From Felis catus (Eukaryota), in the NCBI RefSeq assembly GCF_018350175.1, contig NC_058368.1, forward strand, positions 111,602,001 through 111,666,000: a DNA stretch of 64,000 nt, given 5' to 3'. Positions 35,801 to 47,988 of this stretch are shown one piece after another. The position numbers and the translations under genes are program-made. Position 1 is the first letter of the stretch; every line of letters begins with the position of its first letter. Under the pieces are notes generated by a model. The model saw only the letters and a list, made by a program, of their open reading frames with translations, was not told the DNA's origin and made no database searches.

Positions 35801-38800
35801 CTTTATAGACACCGGGTGGGAAGGGGCAAAGGAGAGCTGGGACAGGGCTGGTGGGGCCATACCGTCAAGGGCTGGGTGAGGAGGGGGACGCCTGTCTGTG
35901 GTGCTGGGGAGGGCCTGGCTGTGTCTCACTGGAAAAATGGAGCAGCCCTTTAGACCAAGGGAAGGATGGGGTGCAGCTTTCTCCATGCAGGGCCTGGTGG
36001 GCAGTCCTTCCTGGAGGCACAGAAATAGATGCCTTAGAGAGTTAGGGTACCTGCTGGGCGACACCTTGCTCCTCACTGCCAGGCTCCAAGCCAGCGGATG
36101 CTCACTGCCTGGAGCTTGCTGTGTGGCCATACCTATGTGGTGGGGGAGCCCCACAGGTGTCCTTAGGAGGCATAGCCCTGCTCCCCAGCTCCCTGCCCTT
36201 GTACGCTATCAGTTGTAGAGGACTGTTCCCAATGCCCTACCTTCTTCCCTTCCATGCCCCCCCCCCCCGCCTGATGCAAAGGCATCCCTTGGCCCTCCTC
36301 ACATTGACCTCAGTGACTCCATCCGCTCCCACTCTCTTCCCACCCGCTGGGCCACTATGGCTCCTTAGCTAAGTCCATCACCTAATGGCAGTGCTGGGCA
36401 TGAGGCCGCACACCTAGAAGCTTCGTGGATAGAGAGCAGAGTCCACCTCTGTGGCTGGCCCCTGTGTCATACTCTTGTCTCCAAATCTCCATGTGTATAC
36501 ACATCTGCCAGCTCACCCTCTCCAGACTTACCCGGGAGCTTACCCTGTTCCATCCACCTCTCTAGCCTGGGATGTCCCTCTTTCTTTGCTTCACACCTGC
36601 GTCCCTTGAGACGGCAGGCAAGGCCACCACCAAGGTGGTGTTCTCCTGCTGCACTACATGCTCTGTTTGCCCAGGGGTCATGCTGAGGCCAGTCTCTGGG
36701 GTCCAAGGGAGGAGTCGTGGCAGTGGTAGTTGTGGAAATGACAGCCAGCACATGCAGTGAGTGGCGGATATGAGTCTTCAAGTCTGACTGTGGAGCTCGT
36801 GCTCTTAGACGCTTAAGATCTCACCTTAGCAGGGGGAGCAAGAATTGCTTACTCAACTAGGACATCAGCTTTGGTGTCTTACCTCCAGCACATGGCAGGG
36901 GCTCACGAGCTGGTGGATGTAGGGAAGATGAGAACCACTGAAGGTTTTTGAGTGGCAGAGTGGCGTGATCCGACAGTCACCTGGTCACGCATGGATGGAC
37001 CGGAGAAGAGGAGGCTGTTCTCAAGGGTGATGGAGCAGGAGTGCCTCTCCGGTACCTTCTAGACCTCCATCTCTGGGTGCCAGGCATAGATCTGCCTACC
37101 AGGCTGGGCAGGGCAGGGCAGGGCAGAGTGGGGCCGGCTGTTAGAGCTTCACCTGCCTCCCGCACAGTGCCTCGCACATGGGTAGCTCAGAGTAGGTGCT
37201 CAGTGGGGAGATGCTGGCTGAGGTTGGATCTGGACCCTGACATTGGGTAAAATCTGGGTGGAAAGGCATTCCCAGTGGGCTGCCTATCACACTTTGTTCT
37301 TTGCAAGAAGAGACGAGAGTCAGACAGAGCGAGATGTAGGTGGTGTTTGGGTTCTCCTGTTTCTCAGGCGGTGACCAAGGCAAGTTGTTGAATGGGTTAA
37401 TAGGGTGATGATGAGGCTTTCCGTGAGGATCACTTCGGGCACTGTCTGTAAGGAGCCTAGCACACCTGGGGCACAGCAGGTTCTTAGCTCACGGCAGCCC
37501 CTTGATGGCGGTGAGAGAAGTCACGCAGAGAGCCAGTTTGGGTCTGACCCTCCAGGAGTCAGATCACAGTGAGAATGACACCCTGGATCCACTGCCAGAG
37601 CACTCCCTCTTGCCAGCCCCCCTGGGTCTGCTGTGTGGCCCACCGTGTGGCCGTGGTAGCAGAAGCCCGGCCTTGCTGCCGTGTCTGTGGCCTTCAGCGG
37701 GCGGGGTTGGCAGGATGTGGTCAGGATGCTGATATTTGTGCCCTGCTGGCCTGTCTGATGAGGTGACCATGTCACCGACCTACCTGGTCCTCATGAGAGC
37801 CCTGATCCCTGGCTGCACTGGCCATTGGTGGACATGTTGGCCTGAGGCTGGCTCGTGGAGGGGAGGGAAATCGTTGACAGTATCAGGACCTGGTGTGTGG
37901 CCAGAACCTGCACTCAGCCCTGTGCCAGGCTGACATCCCCGGGTGTGAGTCCTGTCACCAGGCACAGGGGTGAGAAGGGGGAAGGAATGTCTTGGGAGGC
38001 CGGGCAGCCATTGTTGGCTGGCTTATTTGGATTAGGCTTTTCATGTGAGGGGAAGAAAGGAATCTGCTTTGTCGCAACTAGGGCATCGGGCTGGAGGCAC
38101 AGTTGGTGTTTCTGGCAATCCCCGGCACTCTCCAAGGCTTATTTGTTGCTTTTCCGAGACACATCCAGGTGCTCTCTGTTATGATAACAAGTGGTGACAC
38201 AGTTAGCTTGAAATGGGATAAACAAACAGACTGAAAATAATTGGATTTGGGGTGGCTTGGCACTGAATCTAGGCTGCCACTGCTCAGCCGAGGGCTGAAG
38301 GTAGGCACCATCAAAGGCACCTCTCCCCCCCCCCCCCCCCGGAGCCATGGGGGCGCTGGGGTTGGGTGTGGCCAAGTCCCTCTCCCCTATTTCCTCTTCT
38401 ACTGCCATGTAGCTGTGGGCTGCCTGAGGGTGGAGGTGCCAGATGGTGCCTGAGGTCCAGAGCAGGGGCGTGGTGGGCCCGGATGTGAGTGAGGCAGTTT
38501 ATGTCTGTTTGGAGGAAGCTGGGCCAATGTTTGGACATCTTTATGGCTTTGGAAGTTTCTTGGCCTCACCCAGAGGAGCCATGGTTGCATCAGAATCTGA
38601 GGTCCTCTCCTTGGTGGCCCATGTAGAGGGAGAGAAGAGCAAAGAGCAAATCCGGAGTCTTGCAGGACGAATGGACGGAAGTGAGATGCCTTTCTAACTC
38701 TAGGCTGCTGCTTCGACCCCCTTCTGCCTCATGAAGGGATTCACATTGTGCATCTGGAGGCTAGTCTGGGCAAGGGAATGAAGTAGGAGGAATAGGTCTG

Positions 38801-39054
38801 GTATGTGCAGGGCCTCTTGGGTGGGTACTCATGATTGAGTCTGCATCACAGCAAAAGACTTAGAGGGGGAAGTTTCACTGCGGGGAAGGACGGGCAGATA
38901 GGCATGGTTTTGGACCTCACTTACTCTCCCGTCGTCCATCGGAGTCCTTGGTTTCATTGGAGACATTTGCACCTGTCAGTCAGTGACGTTGGTCCTACTG
39001 ACCACAGGCCAGTTTCACTGGGACCCCAGGACCCTATGCATTAAGTAAGTATTT

Positions 39055-39390
39055 GCTATGGTATTTATAAGTCCTGCCTATCAAATACTTCTGTTCTAAT
39101 CCTGGCCATGTAATAGGACTGTACTTCTCTGTCCTCTTGATGTTACATGTCGCCGTATACAAACCCAGAGTACCATGAGCCTTCCTTTCTTTTTCACTCT
39201 GGTGCAGAATTCCAGAGAGTGGCTGATCTGTCTGCTCAGCCCCAGAGTGAAGTCAAGGCCAGGTAGAAGCTCCAGCTGGCTTGTGGCGAGTGTGTAATAT
39301 GAACAAGGAGGAGCCCTGTGTGGGTTCAAGCCATTGAGACTTTGGGGTTGTTTGTAATTGCAGCATAATCTAGCTCATCCTGATGGCAAA
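39055..39390 (+). mobile_element. MaLR LTR (MLT1-type, old)
   Basis: 3' end aagccattgagactttggggttgtttgtaattgcagcataatctagctcatcctga is characteristic of MLT1 LTRs; 5' boundary uncertain. Confidence 0.65.
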
Positions 39391-39484
39391 AGAGGGGGGA
39401 GAATAAAGGGACTAAATCCGGTGTCCAGCCTAGAATCAAAATTTAAGAGCTTATAAAAGTAGCAAGTGGCTTTTTTGCACTGCC

Positions 39485-39872
39485 TTCTTGCTCATTAAGC
39501 ACCAACTACACTGGATTTCTTATTTGAACAAACCACCATCTCTCCCACCTCAGGGCCTTTGCACTTCTTGTTTCCTCATAGTGAAGCACTGTTTCTGCAG
39601 GTTTTTGCAAGGAACACCTCCTTCTCATTGTCTCAGCTTAAAAGTAACCTCTCAGAGCATCTTATCCGGAGTTCCTCTTCCCCCTCTTATCACTTAAATA
39701 CCTTACTATATTTACCTTCATAGCACTTAACCTGTTTGTTTACTTGTTTATTCACTGTATGATCTCTGAGGTCAGCTGCATGAAGGCCAGGACCCTGATC
39801 ATCACGTTTACATTAGGCAATGTGTTCAATAGTGCTGGTCCAGTATGGGACACCTCGACATACTGGATGAGT
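39485..39872 (+). mobile_element. L2 3' fragment
   Basis: cccacctcagggcctttgcactt...tctcagcttaaaagtaacctctcagag...ttcatagcactta...catgaaggccaggacc. Confidence 0.8.
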
Positions 39873-39941
39873 ACACACATTGGAGGGTGAAGGGCACGGG
39901 ATTTATTGCAGTGATCTAAGGGTGGTGCCTTTTTATATAAA

Positions 39942-40141
39942 TAAAAAAAACTTAATGTTTATTTTTGAGAGAGAAAGAATGTAAGTGGGGGAGAGGCAGA
40001 GAGAGGGAGACATAGAATCTAAAGCAGGTTCCAGGCTCTGAGCTCTTAGCCCAGAGCCCGATGTGGGGCTCAAACTCACAAACGTGAGATCATGACCTGA
40101 GCCAAAGTTGGGTGCTTAACTGACTGTCACCCAGGCGCCCC
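39942..40141 (-). mobile_element. Can-SINE inserted into the tail of the adjacent SINE
   Basis: Antisense SINE flanked by tatataaa / tgtataaa. Confidence 0.93.
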
Positions 40142-40149
40142 TGTATAAA

Positions 40150-40347
40150 ATTTTTTAATGTTTATTTATTTTTGAGAGAGAGAGGGAGTGCGAGCTGTGG
40201 AGGGGCAGCAAGAGAGAGAATTTGAGATTCCTAAGCAGGCTCCCCATTGTCAACACAGAGGTGGATGCAGGGCTCGAACTCACTAACCGTGAGATCATGA
40301 CCTGAGCAGAGTTGGACACTAAACTGACTTAGCTACCCAGGTGCCCC
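40150..40347 (-). mobile_element. Can-SINE (outer element of tandem pair)
   Basis: TSD agggtggtgcctttt at 39919-39933 and 40348-40362 encloses both SINEs. Confidence 0.93.
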
Positions 40348-40759
40348 AGGGTGGTGCCTTTTAAATACACTTGTCGAGTACCGACAGCAGAGTGGAGCTT
40401 AATAAGTGTTGAGTGAGTGAGTTCTGGGAGGGAAGGGGTAATGGTAGTGCCATTTCAGAATCTGGGAGAAGACTGAGCTCTTTGAGGGCAGGTACTGTAG
40501 TACCTTGCATCTTCTCTCTGCCCCCAGCGTGTACATGCAAACAGCAGAGAAGGTGCCATGGATTCTCTAGGGAGGGAGAAAGTTACTAGGGTGGCGCCTG
40601 GGGCCATCCACTGCCACCCCGACTCAGTTTACTTGGCACCAGAATCCAGTGACGTTAGGGCAGAGGCATGACTGGCTGGAGAAGCTTCCCAGGCTGCAAG
40701 GCAGTGCCCTATGATGGTTCTAGAGGGTGAAAGAGATAGAGTCCACGTATGAGAGAGAA

Positions 40760-40787
40760 GAATGAATGAATGAATGAATGAATGAAT
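40760..40787 (+). repeat. (GAAT)7 microsatellite
   Basis: Direct reading; possibly derived from an L2 tail. Confidence 0.9.
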
Positions 40788-41570
40788 GAGGGAAGGCTGG
40801 ACACCACCAGGGCCAGCTAGAAGAGGAGGCTGTCTGATTGTGTGCCCTCGGGGCGGGGGGCGGGGGGGGGGAAGCAGGGCCTAGACTGTTCCATGAAAAT
40901 TGGTGATAGATGTCAGCTCACTTTAAGGTGGAACTTTTTGTCTAACAGAGTGGCCTTCTAGGGACCCAGCCTGGGGCCACTTGCCATCTCTGGAGGTGGG
41001 TAAGCAGGCATGGCATGAATTCCCACCCCTTACCATTCCAGAAAGGAGACAGAAGCATTAGATTTGCCAGCCCCCTGTCAGAGATTTTAGTGAGCCCTTG
41101 TGGACTGGGGTCTGGAACAGATGTGACACGAGGTAGCTGCCAAGGGGCTGAGTTGAGTGTTAGGGTCCCAGGTGTTTCCCAGATGACCAGGGTGTGGGCC
41201 CTGAGGGGTGACATCCCTGAAAGGTAAGGTTGAGCAGCTTTGTCAAATGCCCTGAGCACTGGAGATGGGAGAGGAAGGGTTCCTGACCCCACGATGGGCA
41301 TGAAAACTCTGGTTCCGTGTGCTTGCATAACAAGCTGGGCAACCTGGGCAGGGCCATGCCATGTGGTGGCCTCTGGCCTTTCGAGTCTCCACTCTCCTGC
41401 ATCCTCATGGGCTTTCCTGAAGGAGGCAGTCACACTGTTGTCCTCAAAGGGCTCAGGGTCCCTCTGGCAGATGTTCGACCCCCATGCAATCGGTACACCT
41501 GGCCCTATGTTTCTGAGTTGCCCTAAGGCAGGAGGAGGAAGAGGCATCCCCAGGGGCAGGTTGTTGGTAT

Positions 41571-42236
41571 TGTGAAAATTAATTAAGGGCAACCTCATTG
41601 GAATAGTCAGTAGGTTGGCCAAAGGGGAGCTCTCAAGCTCTACCACTCATTGTCAGTTGCAGACCCAACGGGAAGTGATGGACCTTGCAGGTGGATACTA
41701 CTTTACATCACAGCAGGAGGAACAAAGGCTGACCTTGCCCGCCCCCAGCGATAGCCCAGCCAATGAGAGATGTTCACAGCTCACCCAGTGAGGAGCCACT
41801 GTAGTTCCAGCTCCCAGTTTACTGCAGTGGATTTTCTGTATATAACAGGGTTCCCGACTTCCCCTTTCCTCCATAAAAGAGCACTCCTCTCCTGTGTTCT
41901 CCAGACTTGCCTATAGTTTTGCTATGGCTTCCTTGTCTTGGATCGCAGTTCTTTCCTATTCCTGAATAAACCCATTTTTGGGGGGAGTTTTTTTTTTTTT
42001 TAATGGAAGTTAATGTTCATTTATTTTTGAGAGAAGAGTGTGCAAGCAGGGGAAGGGCAGAGAGAGAGAGAGGGAGACACAGAATCCAAAGCAGGCTCTA
42101 GGCTCTGAACTGCCAGCACAGGGCCCGACGTAGGGCTCAAACTCACAAGCCTTGAGATCGTGACCTGAGCCGAAGTCAGATGTTCAACTGACTGAGCCAC
42201 CCAGGCGCCCTGGGAGTTGTATCTTTAAGGTTAACT
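41571..42236 (+). mobile_element. Solo ERV1-class LTR (MER34-like), interrupted by a SINE
   Basis: Begins TGTGAAA after gtat; CCAAT 41760-41764; TATA-like CATAAAAG 41872-41879; AATAAA 41965-41970; ends ...tttaaggttaac(t); 4-bp gtat recurs after the duplicated terminus at 42466-42469. Confidence 0.7.
41988..42210 (-). mobile_element. Can-SINE inside LTR
   Basis: Antisense SINE with short TSD gggagtt. Confidence 0.95.
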
Positions 42237-42241
42237 CTATT

Positions 42242-42454
42242 GGGGCGCCTGGGTGGCGCAGTCAGTTAAGCGTCCGACTTCAGCCAGGTCACGATCTCGC
42301 GGTCCGTGAGTTCGAGCCCCGCGTCAGGCTCTGGGCTGATGGCTCAGAGCCTGGAGCCTGTTTCCGATTCTGTGTCTCCCTCTCTCTCTGCCCCTCCCCC
42401 GTTCATGCTCTGTCTCTCTCTGTCCCAAAAATAAATAAACGTTGAAAAAAAAAA
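42242..42454 (+). mobile_element. Young felid Can-SINE (SINEC_Fc-like)
   Basis: Nearly identical to the 6164 copy; TSD taaggttaactctatt / taaggttaactgtatt. Confidence 0.97.
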
Positions 42455-44124
42455 TAAGGTTAACTGTATTGTAATCGGGAGCATTACTGGACTGGGGCTC
42501 CGGGATCTCCATCTCTGGCCTTAACCTTTGCCCTGGCATACCCCACCTTCCCCTGCAGTCTGGCCTCCCCTCCCCCTAATGGTGCCAAGCCCTGCTACCC
42601 ATGTAGCTGTTGCTATCTCACCACCACTCACCATGACTTGTCCAGCGAGGGACTAAAAGGAACCTCTTCAGAGTCCCCCACCCCCAGCCAGGGCTTGCAG
42701 ACAAAACTCATAGGTGTCTGCACTTGGCCCTAACTCTTTGTTTGTCTAGGTCAGAAGGTTCTCCATTCTTGGAAAGTAGATCCCAACTACAAAACATATT
42801 CTTCTCTAGCCTGACGAGCCCCAGAAAGAGCCCCCAGAGAAAACTGACACTTCGTGTTCTACCTGGCTGAGGGCCGACCCCCTCCTCACCCTCACCGTGG
42901 GTGCAGCTACACCCCTTTCCCATCCTTAAACAGTGAAAAACCTTGAGGAGCCCAGCCCAACAAAAGCTTGGGCTGCCGTCTTTCTTGATGTCTGGCCCCT
43001 CTCCTCCCGTGGGGAGTGGATAAACTCTCGGTGCAATTCTTTGCTTCCCGAGTCACTAGCTACCCTAACAGGCACCCAGTGGTAATGGCTGGAGGACGTG
43101 CGGAAAGAAGGCATGGGTCGTTATCTGCCCTCTGATGGCAGGGCTGGTGTCACTGTGTCCCCATGCCAGTTGAGCTGCTCAGCCGAGGGCCAGGTGTGCA
43201 GCAGAAGGCCAGTCACACACTGTGGTCCAGGCAGACCCATCTGGCCCTGTAGGAGGTGAGATGTGGATGGGTCAGGGTTTCTCCATCAGGACAGGTAGTA
43301 TACTGGTACAACTTCAGTGTGACCTTGTTGCATGGCTGTTGCCTCAGCTGCCAGATGGGGTTAGTGGGTCTGGCCCATCACCCTGGCTGCTGGGGTGTGG
43401 TGGTGGGCCCGAAGGCATGTCTGAGCTGGTTATTGGGGGTGAGTGATACAGTCGTGGCAGGGAGGGATGTGGAGAGGCATTCCATGAGTCTCTTGTCCTG
43501 TCTGGGTGTTACTGTTAAGAGGGACAAAATGTGGGGTGGCCCTGCCTGTGGGGTGGATGTGTTTTGGGGGGGGCAGCTGAGGAGCACTTATTGGAGCATC
43601 TCCTGAGTTCTGCTTAGCTTCTTCAACCTTCCAGAGCACCTGCTGTGTGGTGGTTACTGGGCAGGACAGACGAGGTCCTGGCACTTAGGGGAGGTCATAC
43701 AGACTCACTATGAGCAAGGGCAGGAGGTCTTGGTGGGAGGGGTATAATTTGCCTCTGGGCTGAGCCTTCAGAAATCATCCCTGATAATGAAGTGGCAGCA
43801 GCAAAGACAAACAGATTCCAGCGTATTCCGTGAGGCTACCTGACCTTTGGGGCCTTGTTCACGATTCAGTGAGCCCAGCTATACTGTGATGTAGGATAAT
43901 AAACTATCATACACCACAACTAATAGTGATAGATGATTCTTAATATATTAATGTAGTACAATATTACAGTAGCTCTATTTTCTAGCCCTATCGGGCTCAC
44001 ATGCATGGCCTGGTGTGACTTTAATCCCTGCTCTGAATTAGCACCCCCAGTGCTACCATGGCTCCCTGTCTGGCGTGTTCATGCCGCCTGCATGATTGGA
44101 AATTTAAGTCCGTTCGTTGGTTAC

Positions 44125-44247
44125 TTGCTGCTAGAAGGGAAGCCGCGAGGATGTGGATCTTGTCACTCATTGTTCTGTCTCCTGTGCCCAGGGCAGGCCT
44201 GGCATGGGGTAGTGACTCAATAGGTATTTATTCAATGATTAAATGAA
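44125..44247 (+). mobile_element. L2 3' end
   Basis: gcccagggcaggcctggcatggggtagtgactcaataggtatttattcaatgattaaatgaa. Confidence 0.65.
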
Positions 44248-45689
44248 CGGTTCAAATGCAAGTTGGATTTTTATGTCGTTCAGTTGAATTCAGTCTTCCT
44301 GCTGTCCCGTGCTCCAGAGGAGGCAGATAAGACTCAGTGAGATGAAATGGTAGGTCCATCTGACTCAGCTGGTAGGCACCAGGGGTGGAATTTGGACCCC
44401 TATGCATGCACAGGTCAGGTGAGTATGGGCATCGCCTAGTTGCGGTGTGTGTGGGTAGACCCTGGCATGCGTAAAGGCCACGTTCGAGCAGCTGTCACTT
44501 TATTGCACGTGGCATGTTGAGATGGAAAGGCTTTGCAGGAATTTCGCTTTATAGGCACATAAAGGCCTTTATTACCCATAATGTGGACGTGGGTCCAAAG
44601 AGTATTCTACTCTGCTTTCTACCAAGGGGTTTGTTTGTTGGAGGTCCCTGTGGAGGCCTTAGCTCCTGACTCTCTCTGAGGCTGGACCCCAGGCAGGAGG
44701 AAATGCTGGCCGTTGGCAGGGCTTGGGACCCTGGGCGGCTTGACATACAGGGGGCAGGATGGAATGGTGGCATCCTTGGGTGAAATGCAGGTTTAAGCTG
44801 CCTCAGTGGGAAATGTGACGTTATGTGGCTTGTTAAATCCTACAGGAGCATGGAAGAGAGCTGCTTCCAATTATCAGAATGAAAATTAATGAAAGAAAAT
44901 CTCTAGCCAGGCTGCCCAATGGTGGGGCAGGGAGAGTTTTTGTTCTGTGGTCACGATTGGCCAGCAAGTGTTGGGGCCATCATGTGCAAGCCAGGGGAGG
45001 AAGCATAAACTGTCTGCAAATGATTGGACTGGGGGCCAGGGGGTCCTTGCTAATCCTCACAGCTTTGTCCCCTTCGCCAAGACCAGGAAGGGAAATGAGG
45101 CTGAATAGGAAGCTGGACACAGCTTGGTTTGCGGAGAGTTGAGACAGGAGGAAAGCCCCTTGGTGCCCTGGCCAGCCTTGAGGACCAAAGGAGACCTTGG
45201 ATTTGGTCTCTTGAAGGAGTGACGTGGAGCTGTGGGCTGCCAGTGAGATTCAGACCTAGGGCAAAGCTGGGATGGAACTTGGGCTCACTTTTGAGCCTTT
45301 GCTTGAACACCTTGTACTCCGGTGTCTTGACGGTGAGGGGCAGCCCCCAGTGGGCTTGACTGTCTTTGCTTTGGGTCCTGAGGACAAGTGCAGGGTACCA
45401 CAGTTGAGCAGATCAAGTCACTGGTTACACCAGCCATCCTCTGCTGCTACTCTGGATAAAGGGGGTGGTGTTGGCCTGAGCTGAGAACCACAGGCTGAGT
45501 CCTGGCCTTTTGGGTGGATCAGAGTCTGTTGTTTGTGTGTGGGAGCAGGTTCCAACATGCGCAGCCTTTTTGGAACTCATTCTCGAAATGGTGCCTGAGT
45601 ACCGTCTTCCACCATCTAGCCAGTGGGCACTCAAGGCCACTCACGTGATCTCACCTGGCTGTCTTCAGGTTAGGAGACTAGATACTCAA

Positions 45690-45850
45690 TACGTGTTCAG
45701 TATTAGTAACAACCTAGGAGGTTGATACCACATCATCTCCGTCTTACTGGTAAGAAGCTGGGGGCCTGGTGAGGTGACTTGGCCCAAGGACATGCAGTCA
45801 GGAGAGGCTGGGCAGAAACTGGGCGGTGTGACTCCCATCAGAGCCACTGC
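45690..45850 (-). mobile_element. MIR fragment
   Basis: aacaacctaggaggttg...catctccgtcttactggtaagaagctgggg...gaggtgacttggcccaaggacatgcag. Confidence 0.7.
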
Positions 45851-46389
45851 TGTGAGGCACGGTTTTCTGCTACCTCCTTGGATGGCTGACTCCCATGACC
45901 TCCTGTGACTCTTAAGCCTTCCCCTGTGGTGTTTCTGGACTTCTCATAGCACTCTTTGCAGGTGGCGAGTGTTGGGCACTGTCAGCTTTGCTTTGCCAGT
46001 GGGGAAACTGAAAAGCTGAGTGGTTTGCCTGACTCACACGGGAACTACTTGATGGCTGTCTGTGGAACATGGTGCTGGGATGATGGCCATGTTTTGGTTA
46101 AAGTAGTTGAGGTCCTTGGATGCCAATGGTTTATCACATGGGCTGTTGTCTGTGGTTCCCTTGGTTTTGGTGAGCTGGCTGTCCTGTGTCTGGACCCCAA
46201 GGAGAGGTTAGTGATCTCCTGTGCTTCTGGCATCCTTGGCAGAGAGCTTCTCTTTCCTGGGGACTGCCCATGCTGGTGGACCACCCAGGGTGTTGGCTGG
46301 CGGGGTCCCGTGGGTTAGTGCCTGCAACCCTGGACGGAGCGGGCGGTGGGATGCTTGGGCTCAGTCGGCTGAACTGGACTGTTTCCTTG

Positions 46390-46900
46390 GATAGTTGTGT
46401 TATATTTATTCCCGCTAATCTACTTCTCTGTTTATACATTGCAAAGATCTAATAAAATGTATTTGAGGCCAGAGCAAAAGAGGAACATTACAGAAAGAAA
46501 TAGAAGAGGAACGATCTCTTAGAATACCTAGCTAATCTGAGCGGCTGTTGGCTCTGAAGTCCTGCCTTCTGAAATGCCATTTCTCCTCTCCTTCCCTGTA
46601 AAAGTGAGAGTGTGACCCAGAGCATGGAGCACGGGCTGCTTTTGGGTGGGGTTTGCATGGGGCCGCTGGAGGGCAGGAAGCTCTTCCCAGTCGGGAAGGC
46701 TGGCATCGTGGCTCTTCCATCTAAGGATCCCTGAGGGAAAGCCGGCTGATTTCGCTGCTTACGTGCCAGGACCCCGGATGCCGTGGCAGGGGAATGCAGC
46801 AATCTAAACATTTACATTCTGAAAAATGGGAAAGCATCCGCTTAGATATAAATTAGCCAGGGCCTGACGGGTTTATTACATCCTGGAATGCTTTCATGAG
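46390..46900. promoter_or_regulatory. Candidate enhancer with K50/HOX-type homeodomain sites
   Basis: GCTAATCT at 46414 and 46531; AATTAGCCAGGGCC at 46851; TTTATTAC; AT-rich repeat-free island. Confidence 0.35.
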
Positions 46901-47800
46901 GCTTTCAGAGGGGTCCATGTTGCAGCCCCAGGTCTCCAGCTGGGTTGGTCTGTGGCACGCTCCTAGGGGGACCCCATGAATCCATGGCTGGGCCTACTTG
47001 TCCTTCAATAGCCATGGGCCCATAACCAATTGGTTGGGGACACGGGAAGAGGGAAATGCAGTGTCTCACTCTGAACAGTGAGGCAGCCGGAGCCACGATC
47101 ATCTTGAAGCTGACTGGGCGAGGTTAGTTGAGGAAAAGGGGAGAGAGGAACCAGATGTCCAGGCCCAATCAGCGGCTCCGGATGAAGGTGGGCGGGAGTA
47201 ATGGGCTCTGCCCTTGCATAGCTCCAGAGCATGTGAGACAGGACTCACCAAGCAGGAAGAGGGCAAGGAGGGGAGTGGAAAGTGTCCAACAGAAGGGGAT
47301 CTTATGTGCTAGGTGGGTGAGGGGTGCTTTCACACGTGTCTTGGACTGTAAGCCCCAGGGGCCAGACTGGGTGTGAACTCTGCAGGGATCCTCCTAGCTC
47401 GCTTAGCTTCTGGCTCCCCTAGAGTGGACTCAACAACTGTTGGGGTAGATCATCAGGGGTGGGCCCATGCTCCAGGGAAAGCTAACTGAGTCCCAGGCTC
47501 AGGAAGTGTAGAGGAACTTCGGAAATTAGTGGCAAAAACACAAAAACATAACTTGTTAAAATTATTGTGGATATATTCATGTGCTTATGTGTATTTCCCC
47601 TTCAATATTATATATACTTGTGTATATGTAGGTATATGTAGACATACATTGATCAGGTACTGAATAAATGATTCTGGAGGAATTTGATATGATGCTAATA
47701 ATGCATAATCTATGACATCAAGACATCAACTCCCCCCCCCCCGCCCCCAGAGGAAGAAGTTTGCTTTGTACAGGGTTTGTGGGCGGGTTTTTATCCAGAG

Positions 47801-47988
47801 CAGTGGTTCTCAAACCATCTTGCTTTAGAATCACCTCCAGAGCTTATTAAAACAGATTTCCAGGTCCTACGCATCTTCAGAATTTCTGATTTATTAGGTC
47901 TGGGGTAGGTCCTGGAAATTGACATTTTTAACAAGTTCCTGGGTGATGCTGTTGCTGTCGATTGTGGGACCACACTTGAGAAGCAATG
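47801..47988. mobile_element. MER5A hAT-Charlie MITE, full length
   Basis: Terminal inverted repeats cagtggttctcaa / ttgagaagcaatg; 8-bp TSD atccagag / atctagag; length 188 bp. Confidence 0.92.

Noticed and set aside
40942..41646. Longest ORF (234 aa, minus strand)
   Set aside because: No recognisable domain; it starts inside the LTR and runs into unrelated flank; composition is typical of chance GC-rich ORFs.
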